Source of the DNA: Oculina patagonica
Taxonomy: Eukaryota
Assembly: GCF_052425735.1 (NCBI RefSeq)
Contig: NC_135763.1
Span: 37,882,001 to 37,946,000 of the forward strand
Length of the DNA stretch: 64,000 bases
Direction: 5' to 3'
The position numbers and the translations under genes are program-made. The notes beneath the pieces are model-generated. The model ran no database searches and was not told where the DNA came from. It saw nothing but the letters and a program-made list of their open reading frames with translations. Numbering within the stretch: the stretch's first letter is position 1; the number at the start of each line of letters is the position of its first letter. Positions 30,310-44,400 of the stretch are shown here, one piece after another.

Positions 30310-31595
30310 ATATAAATGAGTGAATCAACTGGAAATCACTCACTCGCTGTTCCCATCATAGCTCTGCTCAGATGGTAGAGCAGTGGACCTGTAACCCGAA
30401 GGTTGTGGGTTCGAATCCCAACTAAGCCACTTTTTTCATTGTCAAGATTTACTGTTTATCTTGGTTTAGAATAATCGTCAGGTACATAAATGAGTTAATC
30501 AAATAACATCGCATTCATGCGCTGTTTCCATAGTGGCTTTGTAGCTCAGATGGTAGAGCAGTTGACCTGTAACCGGACGGTTGTGGGTTCGAATCCCAAC
30601 CTTTCTCTTACACTAGAAAGTGGGATGATTCCAGAAATGTCGACAAAATTGATCTGATCTTATCTTAATATGTTTTTTAGCCATATCTAGTATTTGCATT
30701 TTAATTTTGATACTTCAGTCCAACTGACATAAAGCCAGTTCGTTCTCTGACCAAATGGACACAGGCACACGCTCAGTGTCTTGCAATCGTTAGCTCTGGC
30801 ATGGAAGCGTCTCTGGCATATGGCCGACATTCTGGCACTGGCTCTGTGCCATAAGGTCAGACGGAAGAAACAAAGGCCGCAATATTTAGAGAGGAAGCCA
30901 CATCAGCCGTAGCTGGTTTTCATGCGGGTCCTCTGTCTAGATCGAATTGGAATTTGAAAATGTTAAAGAAAAAACCTCGGAGCAAGGCAAAAACCAACAG
31001 CAAACTCATGCAGCCTACTTAGTCATGTACATTCATACTTTACCCTACACTTTATCAACTGTATATCAGTCTGGTGGGCAGGTACGATCTTATTCCTGTC
31101 AAATGTGATTCAAAACTAACAAGTTAGTATACTTAACAATTATTCCACAAACGTGCAAACTGTTGAATATATGAGCAACAGCAAACGTGAGTGGAGTAAT
31201 TGCTGAACTTATTATAGACAAACATTTAATAGTTATGCCGCAATTTCTCTTGTTTGTATTGTATTGTTTAGTTTAGAATCATCCACATTCCCCCGCTATT
31301 AATGAGTAAATCAACTGAGAATCACTCACGCGCTGTTCCCATCATGGCTCTGTAGCACAGATGGTAGAGCAATAGACCTGTTACCCGAATGGTTGTGGGT
31401 TCGAATCCCACCTGAGCAACGTCCTGAATTTTTTCCAACGTCGCATTTTTATTTGTTAGAATCATCGGCAGGCATATAAAAAAGTGAATCAAAAGGGATT
31501 CGCTCATGCGCTGTTCCCATCATGGCTCTGTGGCTCAGATGGTAGAGCAGTAGACCTGTAACCCGAATGGTCGTGGGTTTGAATCCCATCTGGAT
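30310..31595 (+). pseudogene. Four tRNA-derived repeats in two tandem pairs (~30360, 30535, 31346, 31524)
   Basis: A-box-like (consensus TAGCTCAGATGG) and B-box-like (consensus GGTTCGAATCC) sequences present; loop CCTGTAA; anticodon stem mispaired; shared upstream spacer. Confidence 0.7.
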
Positions 31596-33669
31596 ATCAT
31601 GACTTAAGGCTTGCCTATCTCTTCCACTAGAAAGTACAACCTGTTCCCGAGAATCCTAGATCATTGATTTCTTTAAGATTTTTGGATGCAGAAGGTGTAA
31701 GCTTAATCGATTTATTGTTTAGAAAGAGACCTGTTCTAAAGTCTCAAAATAATTTCTTTTATGACATAATACTCGCTTTCTTTACCCTGATGATGACAAC
31801 ACGTCGAAAACGTTTGGTTTCTTTTAAATTTTATAACTTTTTAGGCTTGCAAATAAAATTTTATTTTTATATATATATATTTCAGTGGTGATTATATAAG
31901 ATAAAAGTGCTAAACTCTTAACGTACCTCTATAAGGCGGGCATTTTCCATTGCCTTTCCTGTCTTATCTGTGGCCACATTCTTGAACTCAGTGATTCTAT
32001 CCAAAGATCTGAAAAAATAAGAACTATTACTTGTTGTAATGTAATGATCTTCAGGTATGGTGTGATAAAAATGTTTTGCAACCAGGTTTTTTTCTTTGAG
32101 GTTCTGATGTAAAGAAAATGATCAGCATTTACTTTAGTAAATCACAACGGAAAACGTGCGGCATAAGCATTTAACTTTTGTCTTGGAAAAAAAAATAGGA
32201 AAAATACAAGGCAAATTGTGTAAAACTCATCTACCGGAAAAAGTGACAGTCTTCCATCGCAAAAATGTTCACAAATAGTCCTGTTCTTATCAAAATGGTG
32301 ATTATAAATAAGAAAAAAATTCTAAAATCTTTACTAACCTCCGCAAGGCTGGTATTTTTCATTGCCTTTACCGTCTTATCTGTGGCCACATAATTGAACT
32401 CGGTGACTGAATCCAAAGATCACCTGAAAAAAAAAAAAGAAAAATGTCTTTTATTTGTCCACCAAAATTTGTCGGCCACCACTTAGGAAAGGAGCAGTTC
32501 AGTAGCTAAAATGCTGACAATTCTGAGATCCACATTAAAAAAATTACGCGTTAAATTAACGTTTCCTTACCTGCCATCAAGGTTTCAGTTTCATGGTCAA
32601 GTGAATAACTTTTAAGAAGCTTGTTCTTGAAAGCGCAGCCCTTGCTTCTTTCTAAAGTTGGAATGTAAAGAAAATAATCGACATTTAAATAAGTAAATCG
32701 CAGTGGAAATCGTGTTTTTTCCTTAGGTATTGCCGTGGTTTGTCCTTATCATTCTTTCACGTAAAGTAGAATACTACAAGGAAAAATTTAAGGCAAAGCG
32801 CGCGAACCTCATCTAACTGGATAAAGTAACAGTCTTCCGCTGGCGCTTTTCTAAACGAGAATTGATGCAATCCGTAAAAGAAATCAAGAAATGTGCCGTC
32901 TCTAAATGAGAAAAGATTGGGGTTTTGCTGGTGGTTGAATTTCTGCAGTGCGCTAGCTGCTATTCTGAGGTTAGCTTTGCCTGAAGTTGTTGTTAAGACA
33001 CGAAAAAATATTCCGAAATGGTCCTACTCATTAGTCTCAAAGTAAAATCTCCATAATTTATTTGTTAATTATATAAGACATGTTTTAAACTCTAACTAGC
33101 CTCTATAAGGCGGGAATATTCCATTGCCTTTTCCGCCTTTTCTGTGGCCACATACTTGACTGTATCCAAGATCTTTCGAAAAGAAAATAGGAGAAATGTG
33201 TTATACATTAAAGTTTGTCGAACACCAGAACTAGAAAAGGTTGAAATGCTGACAATTTGAGCTGAGATCCACATGAGAAAATTACACCTTTGAAGTAACG
33301 TTCGCTTACCTGCCAAGTTTCATCTTTAAAGAAGCTTGTTCGTGAAAGTGCAGTCCTTGCTTAATTTCCAAGCAAAACTCGCTGTATTCTTTCAAAGCGG
33401 AATCGTTTACCTGAAGTTGACGGAAAGATCGGTAAACGTAACGCGTAGTGGATGTAACTTTGTCCAAAAGTTGATTTGGAGCAAACTGAAAGACGGTTGC
33501 GAAGTTGAAATTTGAAATTGCAAGTAGGCTAAAGTGCGCATGGATGAATAAAATCGCATCATAATTTTGAATTATAATCAAAACGTGCAAATTCTCCACG
33601 TGCAGCAAAGCTGAATAATACGTTATTGCAAAATACCCATTGGCGCATGTTTCGATTTAATTATATACT

Positions 33670-34103
33670 ACTTATTAACCGAGAGTGAGGTCATTACAGG
33701 GGAATCTCAGACCGAGGCCGTGATGTATTGACCGAGCGACAGCGAGGTCAATACATCAAGGTCGAGGTCTGAGATTCCCCTGTAATGGCCGAACGGACGA
33801 GGTTAATAAGTTATTTATTATATGGCCTTTAAGCACTATTCAAAAATATCGCTCTCTGTGGCTCTCTTCGTCGCTCATACTAAAGAAGTATCGGTATGCT
33901 TATATTTTTCTTTCAGTTATTGAAAAGATAGTTATATTTTGTCGGCATTTTTTGTTGTTTTTGCCCCCTCGCTAGTAACTTTTACTCACAACTCAAAAAA
34001 CCGTCGAGCCGAGAAAAATTGTCATAATGCCCGGTCATTACAAGAAAATAATGCCCACTCAGCAGCCAATCAGAGCGCGCGTACTATTGTAGACATATAA
34101 TAA
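33670..34103. repeat. Interspersed repeat with ~140-bp internal palindrome
   Basis: CATTACAGGGGAATCTCAGACC...GGTCTGAGATTCCCCTGTAATG hairpin bounded by TTATTAACC and GGTTAATAA. Confidence 0.65.
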
Positions 34104-34454
34104 TTACTGGTAAAGTGTTATTTCATGTGCGCTTACACGGAGCGAAAATTTTTATTTCCAAGGCATTGCTTAATTAGGGACCCGCGTATTCATCTCTCTA
34201 TTGTCTCGAATTGTTTTTCATTGCAATTGAATGCAGAGGCAACTGGTAGGTAAATGATGTTAACAGCAAATACATTAATGGAGCTTTTTTTTAGTTTCGC
34301 CTTTTTTCTGAGGGTGGGAAATACAGTCTTTTTATAAAATCCAAAGACTAATACTTTTGAAATACAGACTGTAAAAAAAGAAATACAAGAGATTATAAAA
34401 TAACTGATATTTTCGCGGGTATCTTTCTTATAAAAAAGTTGTTATTTATCAAGC

Positions 34455-34790
34455 ACTAGCCAAACGGTAACGCAAGTGGACGCAAGTAGACGCAAGTTCA
34501 ACTTGCTTACAGACTTGCGTTGGGTGGCCAAACGAGACATGCAACTTAGTCACAAGTGCACGCAAGTTTGCAAAAGTCATTTAAAATGCTACGAGGTGAA
34601 ATTTAGTATTTGAAGTAAACTGCAAAAAATGCGTTGACTTGCGATGGGTGGTCAAACGGTGAAAAAGTTGCGTTAACTTAGGTGCAAATTTGATCACGAT
34701 CAAATTGAACTCAAGTCAACGCAAGTGCACGCAAGTCCTGGTCAAACGGAGACCGTGAAGTAGACGCAACTTGCGTTGGTCAGGGCTTCA
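34455..34790. repeat. ACGCAAGT/ACTTGCGT-rich MITE-like repeat
   Basis: Many direct and inverted ACGCAAGT and GGCCAAACG motifs. Confidence 0.6.
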
Positions 34791-35629
34791 AAGCATAAAG
34801 AATAAATATGACTGGTCAGTTACCTGAACAATACGAGTCAATTTTTTCCATTATCATCAGCCATTGTAAAATGTTCATGAGCGCGCAAATAAAATGAGTC
34901 GCTGTAAGGGACGGACCATTATTTTTTGTAGGGAGGATCAAAAATCCCGAAAAAATTATTTACAATAACAAAAACGCCCAAATAATTTGTTTGCACACAT
35001 TAAAAAACATTGTCTGGAGAAAGATGCAGCCGGAAAAATTGTTTAAACAGACAACAACACTAAAAAAAGTTTTTCTTGAACAAATTTTACCCCCCCCCCC
35101 CCTCCAAAAAAATAACGTTGCGTCCCTAACCTCGCTTCTTGTAAGTTTGTCCTGTTGTTATTTCATAAAAAGGAAACAAAATTCGCTTTTTACGTCTTTA
35201 TACTTTGATAAAGATCATGGCATGAATTTTGCTCCCTTGAATTATTTACAGAAACCACTGCTACCCGACCCACACAAACCACACGTTTTGCTTCGTCAAC
35301 CAGGAATTTTAAAATAATTAATTTTGACAATCAGATTAGCAGGACATGTTTTCATGTGGTGACTATCACTGAGCAAATTTTACGGTCTACCAACTTAATC
35401 TAATTTTTAGAGATAATAAAGTTAATTACTTCTTACATCAAAAATGGCATCCAGTGTTGTCACGTATTCAGTTGAGTTCCAGTCTCATTGAAATATCTCA
35501 GTTCAAATGTATCGATTATGAAGAAAAAGTTAAAACGCTGAATGACTCTTGCTTGAATTGGGCAGGTAGTACATCCACCAGAGTTTTACAAGGAAGCCTT
35601 TTGAACTACATTGGAAAACAGAACTTGAA

Positions 35630-36193
35630 ATGCATTCCGCTGACGACTTTGAGGAGAGGCTGCAAGAGGAATATGGGACGATATTTAACAACATTGCGTA
35701 CATCAGAGAGAGAAAGCGCAAGCATCGTGTTCGTGAGCGAGAAAATAGCAAACACGGACAGAATCATTGTCTTAACACATCTTACAGGAAGGGTGAAGGG
35801 AAGGTTGAGCTACTAAACGACGAGTTGCCAAAAACATCTGACAAGTTAGAACAAGACATGATAAATACCAAAAAGCGAACAAGTTCTAAAACTGTCCGTT
35901 GGCAAATGGAGGGCCAAACGGGAGCGAGTACTTCTGAGAGCGAGCCTCAAAACTGCTCACTGTACGAGAAAGTTGCGATGGACTTGGAAACAGTTTTTAA
36001 CAAATACATCACGATTAATCCAAACCCTGCCTGTGAGAAGAGATTTGAAGGCGAGAAAAACCGTGAAACTACCTTGGATGCTCCGAACGAACCCATCTCT
36101 GAGCGGGAGAAAGCTACCCTGAGAAACGATATTAAATACAAAACAGTTCATACTAAAAACGACACCTTGTACATATGGATTGCTTCTGTGTAA
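35630..36193 (+). CDS. Hypothetical 187-aa ORF
   Basis: Open frame in AT-rich DNA with no recognised motif. Confidence 0.3.
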   Translation: MHSADDFEERLQEEYGTIFNNIAYIRERKRKHRVRERENSKHGQNHCLNTSYRKGEGKVELLNDELPKTSDKLEQDMINTKKRTSSKTVRWQMEGQTGASTSESEPQNCSLYEKVAMDLETVFNKYITINPNPACEKRFEGEKNRETTLDAPNEPISEREKATLRNDIKYKTVHTKNDTLYIWIASV

Positions 36194-36626
36194 AGAACTG
36201 TAAAAACTCATCAGAAAAAAAGGTATTCATTTAAGCATGAATTTAATATCAAAGGATCTCATAAACTTGGTAATTAAAGAGGTAAAAGAGGGCAGCGAAA
36301 ATCAACACTTGGAAAGGAAAGCAAGAACTTTATGGGAGTGAATTCGAGACCTCCTCAGTTGTATCATTTGTAGCGAATCGATGTGTTTTAATTTTCTTTT
36401 CAAAGCGGCAAAGTAAAAATTCCTGAAATTAATCAAGTGCGCAATGCGAAGTAAAATTTAATTATTTCTTTGTTGCGGCAACAATAGCTACATGATTTTA
36501 ATTGAAAAATCATACAAGCATGGTCTTAGAAATTAAATTCTTAGAGGGAGAGCAAATGGAAATAAACAATAGTAAATACCGCTAAATTTCAGAAATTTTT
36601 CTATTCAATGTCATTCGCACTAACGC

Positions 36627-37520
36627 AGTAGTAGTAGTAGTACTTTATTTAAACACATGTCACCAATGAGCCTGGGGCTCGTTTAAAAGTGAACGTGTAT
36701 TCTAAAAATTACAATGTAAAAAATTTAAATATGATTATCTATTCAATAAAAATACAAAAATTAGACTATAAAATTAAAATTTAAAAACTAGACTATAAAA
36801 ATTTAAAAATGTAAACTAATCGATACAAAGATTACAGCAGCAGTTGGCCTCGGTGGTCAGGGTAACATTGTTCAGTAAATTTTTAAAAATTCTAAGAGAG
36901 GACGCCCCTTTTATATTGTCAGGTAGGTTGTTCCATAAACGTGAAGTTATGTAGCGATAAGATTTATGTAAAAACTTTGATTTAAAAGCAGGCTGATTAA
37001 GCTTACAATAGCCTCTTAGATCATAAATGCTAGAACGCAATGAGAACAATTTCTTGATGTAGCTTGGCCCCGTAATAAATAAAGATTTATAAAGGAGGAT
37101 TAGGGCTTGCGTGTATCTGCGATGCTCCAGGGACTTAATGTTTACCATCTTAAGTAGATCGCCATATGGAGTTGTCTTGGGCAGATTCATTAGTGTTCTG
37201 ATAGCAAACTGATTAGTAAATTCTAGCTTGTTAGAAAGTCCAGATGAAAGTCCCACTAAAACAGGTGCGCAGTATTCCAAATGTGGTAAGATGAAGGCCT
37301 TGTAAATATTGATCATCACATCAGCAGGTATAAACTTTCGTACCCTCCTAAGAGCAGCAACCTTAGCATTGACTTTATCACATACAGATTTAACATGGGC
37401 CTTGTAAGTTAATGAGCTGTCTAAAGTTAAGCCCAAGAGTTTTAATTCTTTAACTACATCCAAGGGTGGCTTGGTACGATCTGCAAAAAGCTGGATATGT
37501 GTTGGATTGTCGCCCAATGA
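36627..37520 (-). mobile_element. 5'-truncated LINE (CR1/L2-like), ORF2 C-terminus plus 3' UTR
   Basis: LKLLGLTLDSSL...YKAFILPHLEYC...RLWNNLP, then AATAAA and a (TAC)n tail at ~36627-36650. Confidence 0.88.
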
Positions 37521-38479
37521 CGTAGTCAGTTAAACAGGGTGCCATATTGCGTTGCATTTTTTTTCTCATTTGAACTTCTCTCATCATCTTGTCAATCACT
37601 AAAATTTTCGTTTTCTGAACGCTAGCAACGTTGGATCCTTTTTGGAGACCGGCTTTACTGAGCCTTGCTTTCCTTTCCAACTTTAATAAACCATTCGATC
37701 TTAGGATATTGTTTGCTTTTTCCATAGCTACAAAACGTTATTTTGAGGTTTTATTCCCCCCTTCTTTGCGCAATAACTGTGCACTAAACATGTCAAAAAA
37801 ATTGATTATTTAACAAGAAAAGCTTGCAAAGATTTATAACCAAAATGAGACATTTCTGTTTACAGGTTGTTGCAGTGACTGAATTGAATTCAGTAGATCA
37901 GGGCCAAACAACACAACTGAATAAAATTCTTTCACTTTTATTGTAACAACAGCGTAAACATTTTGACAATCAGTCAAATAACTTCTTAAAAAAATACACC
38001 TGGTGCTTTAAAATAAAGAGGGATTTTTTTTACAATACAATGCCCTCATTGACTGATAATAATAATAATAATAATTGTGTAGCTTGAATGAATAGCCGTT
38101 TCTAGTCTGTGCTCTCAATTCTTCCTGCGCTCAAGAGATGTTTGACAGTCGATCAAAAAAATCCCACACTAATGACATAATTTTAGAGATATCTGATTGG
38201 TCGATGCTTGGTTTTGAGCAAGAACCAATCAGACACAACACTGATCTTTGCAGAGTGGGTAAAACTCGGACGGCTTAAGCCTCCTACGAAGGTGTCCTTT
38301 GGGCTTGTCACACATTCTTCCAAAACAAGACGATTGCGTGACAAGCCGGGGCAAAGAGCACCTGCTTAGCAGGTTAGGATGTCTTTTGAGTGAAGGAAAA
38401 ACTGAGCACATGTAGAGTTGACTGTTTGTTCATGCTAACAACTATATTCTATGTACAACTCTTCTACATGTAACATCTT

Positions 38480-41400
38480 TTAACCACATAACGTGGCGTC
38501 AATCTGTGTGACAGTGGGAAGGGCGAGTTTAACTTTTCGCCTGTAGGCTGTGTCCTGCCAGATTGGATTTCTCTCCAGGTAAATTGTTTTCAGCTTGGTG
38601 CAGTTTTTGAACTGGTCCAGATCTTCCCAGGAGTCCAGCTGATTGTCATTGAACTGCAAGAAGAAAACAACATGTCAAGTTGGTTAACAGCTGAAACCAC
38701 ATTCTCGTCCCAATAGCCCTTTTCCTTTCTCTTAGCCCGCTGGGCCTTGGCACAAGAAAACTAAGGGCTCTGGGGACACAGGATTTCCAGTCCTAGATTC
38801 TAGGACTTTCGGTCTTCATGTATGCAGTCATGACGTTTGAAAAGAATGTATGAGAGAGTCGTTATGTTTTCGACTTTTGTTTAGAAATTCTTTGTTCCAA
38901 ACAGCCAACCAAAAAAATCGAATTAATTCAAAAATCCTATGTCCCCAGAGCTCTCCGTTTTCTCGTCCCAGCCAGCTAAGAGAAACGACAGGGCTATGGG
39001 GACGAGAATGCTGAAACCAAAGCAGATTTCACACTGGTACTTATTCCCTCGACCGAGCAGTTAGGGAGCTAACTAATCAACCTTCACCTTTATGGGTATA
39101 AATAAACCACTCATAACTTGAAGCAAAATATGCAACCAGCAAGAAGCGTGAATAAAGTACCATTGGCCAAATCACCTGATTGACTGCCCGTACCACTTTT
39201 TCACTATGATTGGATGATGGAAATATGCATTGCTACATGCATGCTTAATATTAAATAAGTGAAGATGCCATGCATGTTATAATTGATGCAACACATTTCT
39301 GCAGGATGTAGTCTGAAGATTGCTTTAAAGCACTCATCTTCGACTCAGGATTTACATACAAACTCTTCTTGTGATGGTTTAACATTCTAGGTGTTTCATC
39401 AAGTCGTTAACCAATAGAAATGAGGGTGCAAGTGCTTAAAAAATCTGTACACTTTGATATTGTTCAGCAAGCTGAGAAGTTTTGTCAAAGTGATGCAAAC
39501 TGCCTTATCAGTAACTTGCGTTCAATTCTCGCAGTAACAGCTGGAAAAGGAAAAGTTGAGTGAACCAAAAGCTAGCGAGCTGTGACAAACATACCCAGAA
39601 TTCCTCCAAGTTGACTAGATGGGAAACATTCTTGATCCTTTTTATCCTGTTAGATGCTAAGTCCAGTGTTGTCAGTTTTGTCTGTGCAAACAAAATAACG
39701 AAAAACAAAATCAGCTGCAGTCATAGAAAATGCAAAGGTTATCATTTTTTAGATGGTCCAAGCACATCGGCCCCCTAACAGAACAGGTTGGGGAGAGGAT
39801 AACCTTGAACTCAAGATGAAAACGGTTAAGACACACTCTGTCCACAAGTTAAGAACTTGGAGTACTGCTACTGCCCAGTAGTTCCTCATGTTGCCCCTTT
39901 TTTTTGCTGGTACCCATTTTATTAAAAACTGGAGCACTGAATAATGTATAACCAGAGTATTGATTGGCTTGCCACTGATGTTATATTTTAGTCATTATAC
40001 CATGCTTGAAAAAATGGTTGAAAACACCATCTTCCAGTCTTTTTATACAAAATAAAATAACCAAGATTTACCAAAATTTCTAGTTATTTTTAATACAATA
40101 CTTTTCCACTTGTGCTTGTGGGTATGAGATGATAATTGCACGCTTTGCTCTATGCATCTTGTTGGCTATCTACTATCACATATCTAATTATGCTTCTGTA
40201 ATAAGTGTTTAATACTCCTAGTTGGGGTATCTCACTTACCAGGTTATCCAGCCCCTCTATTTCCTCAATACCATTATCACTGATGTAGAGTTCCTCTAAG
40301 TTCAACAAACTATCCAAGCCTTCTAGTTTGATGATACGATTGCTCTAAGAATAAAACATAATTGCCAGAAAAGCAATTCCATATTTAAAGAAGATTTCTT
40401 GTTATTAACAATATGAACTACATCAGGTTGAAGATGCCTGGCACATGCTCATTCTAGGACTTTCTTGTAATCTCAGAGCACGTGGTTGTGCAGTGATGTG
40501 TAAATACATTTGATTGGCTAAATCACACTATATAACGGAACCATTTTAATAATTATTTTTGACCAACATAGATGTTGTCGTTCAATTTCACTCTTGGCAC
40601 AATTTTTATTCTGATGTATGGTACCAGAAATATATCATGATGAATATTAAACAAAGGAAAAAAAACAGATTGTTCAATTTCACTCTTGGCACAATTTTTA
40701 TTCTGATGTATGGTACCAGAAATATATCATGATGAATATTAAACAAAGGAAAAAAACAGATTGTAACGAAAGTTAAATTGAACCACAACATAGATAATAA
40801 AAAGCTAAACATGTTCTTAAAATAAAGAAATCCATCAGCAAGATTACCTACCTGTATACTTAGAAGCTTTAAATTTGCGAGACAACCAAGATTCTGCCAA
40901 CAAGGGAAATAAACAGCCAAAAAATATTCAGATAAAAGTATGAGTGGTGAAAAAATGATTTCATAATACTTCAAAATAAAGCTGTCCATCTTAGTGCCAT
41001 TTGGAAAATTTTCAGTTCCACACCTATACATGATCATGTACACAGAAACTGTCATACATAAATGCACTTATTGTAAAAGTATAATTACATTAGAAGACTC
41101 TGTTCTTTAACCAATCACATTTCAGAAGTCTCTCAGCCTGTTCTCTATTTTAAAGTATAAAATAAAGAGACATTACATTAACCGTTACCAGTAATAGGAT
41201 ACCCACCTGAAGTTTTGTGATTTTGTTCTTTCCAACAAATAAACTGTGTACTTGCGTGAGCCCTTCAAATCCTTCTAGAACCTTCAACCAATAAACAAAA
41301 AGAAAATTTATTTAGTAATCAAATAGAAACTTAGTACACTCCACCATTTTTATACTTACCCTTATTTTATTTGCACCAAGCTCAACCATCTCTAGCTGTG

Positions 41401-44400
41401 TAAGATTCTGAAGACCCTCAATCTTAGAGATCTTGTTTGAAACAAGAAACAACGTCTTGACTTTTGTTAAACATCCCAAGTTCTCTATAATCTTGATCAC
41501 GTTGAAAGACAAATCCAGACTCCTGAAAATAGATATTTAATATTAACTGGTTATAATACAGTTATTTTGTTTGTATGTTCATTGGACTTCCTCTTTCCGT
41601 TTGTTTATTTTTTTTTTCTGAAATCACAGCCCAAAAATAGGGTGCATATTATACATGGGCACGCATTATACACGGGTAAATATGGTATTTGATGTCTATT
41701 CATGTTTGTTTTGTTTTTGAAGATAAATCTTCAGTTCATAACTAATTTTGTCCTGTATTAGAAAAAAAATTAATCTGATCTGTGGTTTGTTCATGTTGAC
41801 GATGTCAAGTCAGGGGCCGCGGAGCATTTTTCCAATTGGGGGTGCTGACTAGTGACTTGAAGTGGGGGCTTCAGAGACTGTTCTTTAAGTAAGTCTTTAC
41901 TTTTTCGAAACATGGGGGGGGGTTAAGCACCCCCTCCCCAAGCCTCCCCGGCTCTGTAGTCCCTGCAAGCGCATTGTGCAAGTCTTACGTGAGATTGGTG
42001 AGGTTTTCCAGCCCCTCTATCTGTGTGATCTGATTATCATAAAGGTCCAGCTCCTCCAAAGTTGTTAACGTGCTGAGTCCTTCAAGCTTAGTTATAGTGT
42101 TTCTTCTTAGACAAAGGGACTGAAAATAAACAGCGACCCATGTAAATAAGTTTCATTCTGCATAATGTGATAAAGATTTAAATAATAAAGTACCTTAACA
42201 CAAGTCAGTCTTTCAAAGTTCTCTAGTTTTTCAATTTTTGCATGAGTGAGGTCAACTTCCTGCAAGATTAAAAATAACATTTCATTTGAATTAATATCTT
42301 AAACATGTTTCAAGCACTGATTTCAGTAAAATTGCTGTCTAGCTACCTAGTAAAGAGTTCAAGATTCCCACCGGTATTTATTAGTAGATAAATCTGAAGA
42401 AAACCAGATGTGTCTATTTTTTTGCCCCCACATGGATAATAAGGGTTGGGCAAGGGTTTCAATAAGTCAAATACCATAGGAGTATACCTCCCCCCTAACC
42501 TGACCTCCTTACTGACACAGCTCACAAGAGATCGGCTGAAGTTTTAATAGCGTCGCGCACAAATTCTAAAAATAGATTTGGTCTCATGCGACCCCCCGCG
42601 TGACTCAGACAAACATTGCAGTCGGCCATAAGCGAATGTATGCGAGAGAGCGTCAATACGTGAAGAAAACATGAGAAAAGTTAGGTAAATCGGAGTTTAT
42701 GCTTTCTCAAAGAGCAAAGAATGGTTAGTACAAAGCATTGCTGTCATGGTGAGTGCAAAACCGATTCAAAGTATCCTGAACATTGGCCAAAATCGCTCTT
42801 AGAGCTGGAGGAATCAGGGAAGAAAGTCTTCATTCCATGCGGCTTACGGTACTAATTGCGAAACGAAACGGTACTTTGCGAAACGGTACTGTAGGTAAAA
42901 ATATTGTACAAATATTAAATGGGGCAAATAAACATTGATTGCAAAACAGGTATAAGTCACGACAAGTCGACCCAGATTTGCGTGAGGGATAGATGTGATG
43001 CCTGCTTTTGAATCGAAACTTGTCGCGTCGCGAAATAATTTATTTTTGAACATGAATCAAAAATGCAAAACGTGACTGAAAGTAACATTTAATGTCACGC
43101 ACAATCAAAAGGACACCGTTTATGTGGAGAAAGGTAGGGGGAATAAGTGTTGTCCTGGACCCGAGAGCTGCCTGCCATGGGCGAGGCCAGTACTCGGGGC
43201 TAGTGTCAGCGAGTGGCATATAAGACCGTGAGATGGGTGTCACGGGGCACAGAGGCAGGGTGGCGTGTACCTATGTCAAGCTCCTGGAGGGATGGTAGCG
43301 AGGGGAAGTGGATGTGTCCACCGTTTCTCACCCAAGCTAAGGCAACCCAGGCATAGCTTCAGTGTGGGACTGAAGGGTTGTCGCCAGCAACACTTATCCC
43401 CCAAACCGTTTATTAAAGAACAACAACAAATAAAATGGTATTACAAAAATCGCTTTTTTTTTATATATATATATAAACTATAGATAAACTGGATATAACA
43501 TCACAAATGAAACAGATGTAAACTAGTAGACTACGAGAAATGCTTTGTCTGAGTGGCAACAGTAGGGCTATGGGATAAATGCGGAGGGTGGGTGGGGAAA
43601 TAAACGCTACAGTCCAGCAGCTTAGCTGAATTGCAAGTGAAGATCGTCTGTGATCACAAGAGTAAACAGGGGAAGGCTGTGTGGATCTGATTGGCCGACA
43701 ATCTGTGAACGCGTGCAAGCTTATCATTCATAGGCCAGTATAAATAGAGGGAGATACAAGTACATGTTTACGGTTCAAAGAGCGGGGTACAGATTGCCGG
43801 AAAAACACATCCACGGGGAGAGCAAGGTTTAATTGAGCTAAACATTAACTCCAGTTTATGCTTTGGCAAAAACAGCCATTAATGTCACGCACAATCAAAA
43901 GGACACCGTTTATGTGGAGAAAGGTAGGGGGAATAAGTGTTGTCCTGGACCCGAGAGCTGCCTGCCATGGGCGAGGCCAGTACTCGGGGCTAGTGTCAGC
44001 GAGTGGCATATAAGACCGTGAGATGGGTGTCACGGGGCACAGAGGCAGGGTGGCGTGTACCTATGCCAAGCTCCTGGAGGGATGGTAGCGAGGGGAAGTG
44101 GATGTGTCCACCGTTTCTCACCCAAGCTAAGGCAACCCAGGCATAGCTTCAGTGTGGGACTGAAGGGTTGTCGCCAGCAACACTTATCCCCATAATTCTG
44201 GAAACAGAATCCTCCCACACTGAGGCTGCTAAGAGAGCTGTATATTTAGGGAAGCGAACGGTTGCCCCACCCAGGATGGTGCGGGAGTAGCATACTGTTA
44301 GAAGCCTCAGACAGGATTCCTAGTGCGTAGTTGCCACTCTCAAAACTAGTAGATATGTTAACCAAAGAAAACTATCATAATTAACAAAAATTAAGGTATC

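Noticed and set aside
30360-31595. Functional tRNA-Thr or tRNA-Tyr genes
   Set aside because: Anticodon and acceptor stems do not pair; treated as tRNA-derived repeats.
37450-37725. 91-aa basic ORF next to the LINE fragment
   Set aside because: No motif and runs into the LINE junction; insufficient support.
40580-40763. ~92-bp near-perfect tandem duplication in a PPP1R7 intron
   Set aside because: Ordinary local duplication or assembly artefact with no functional signal.
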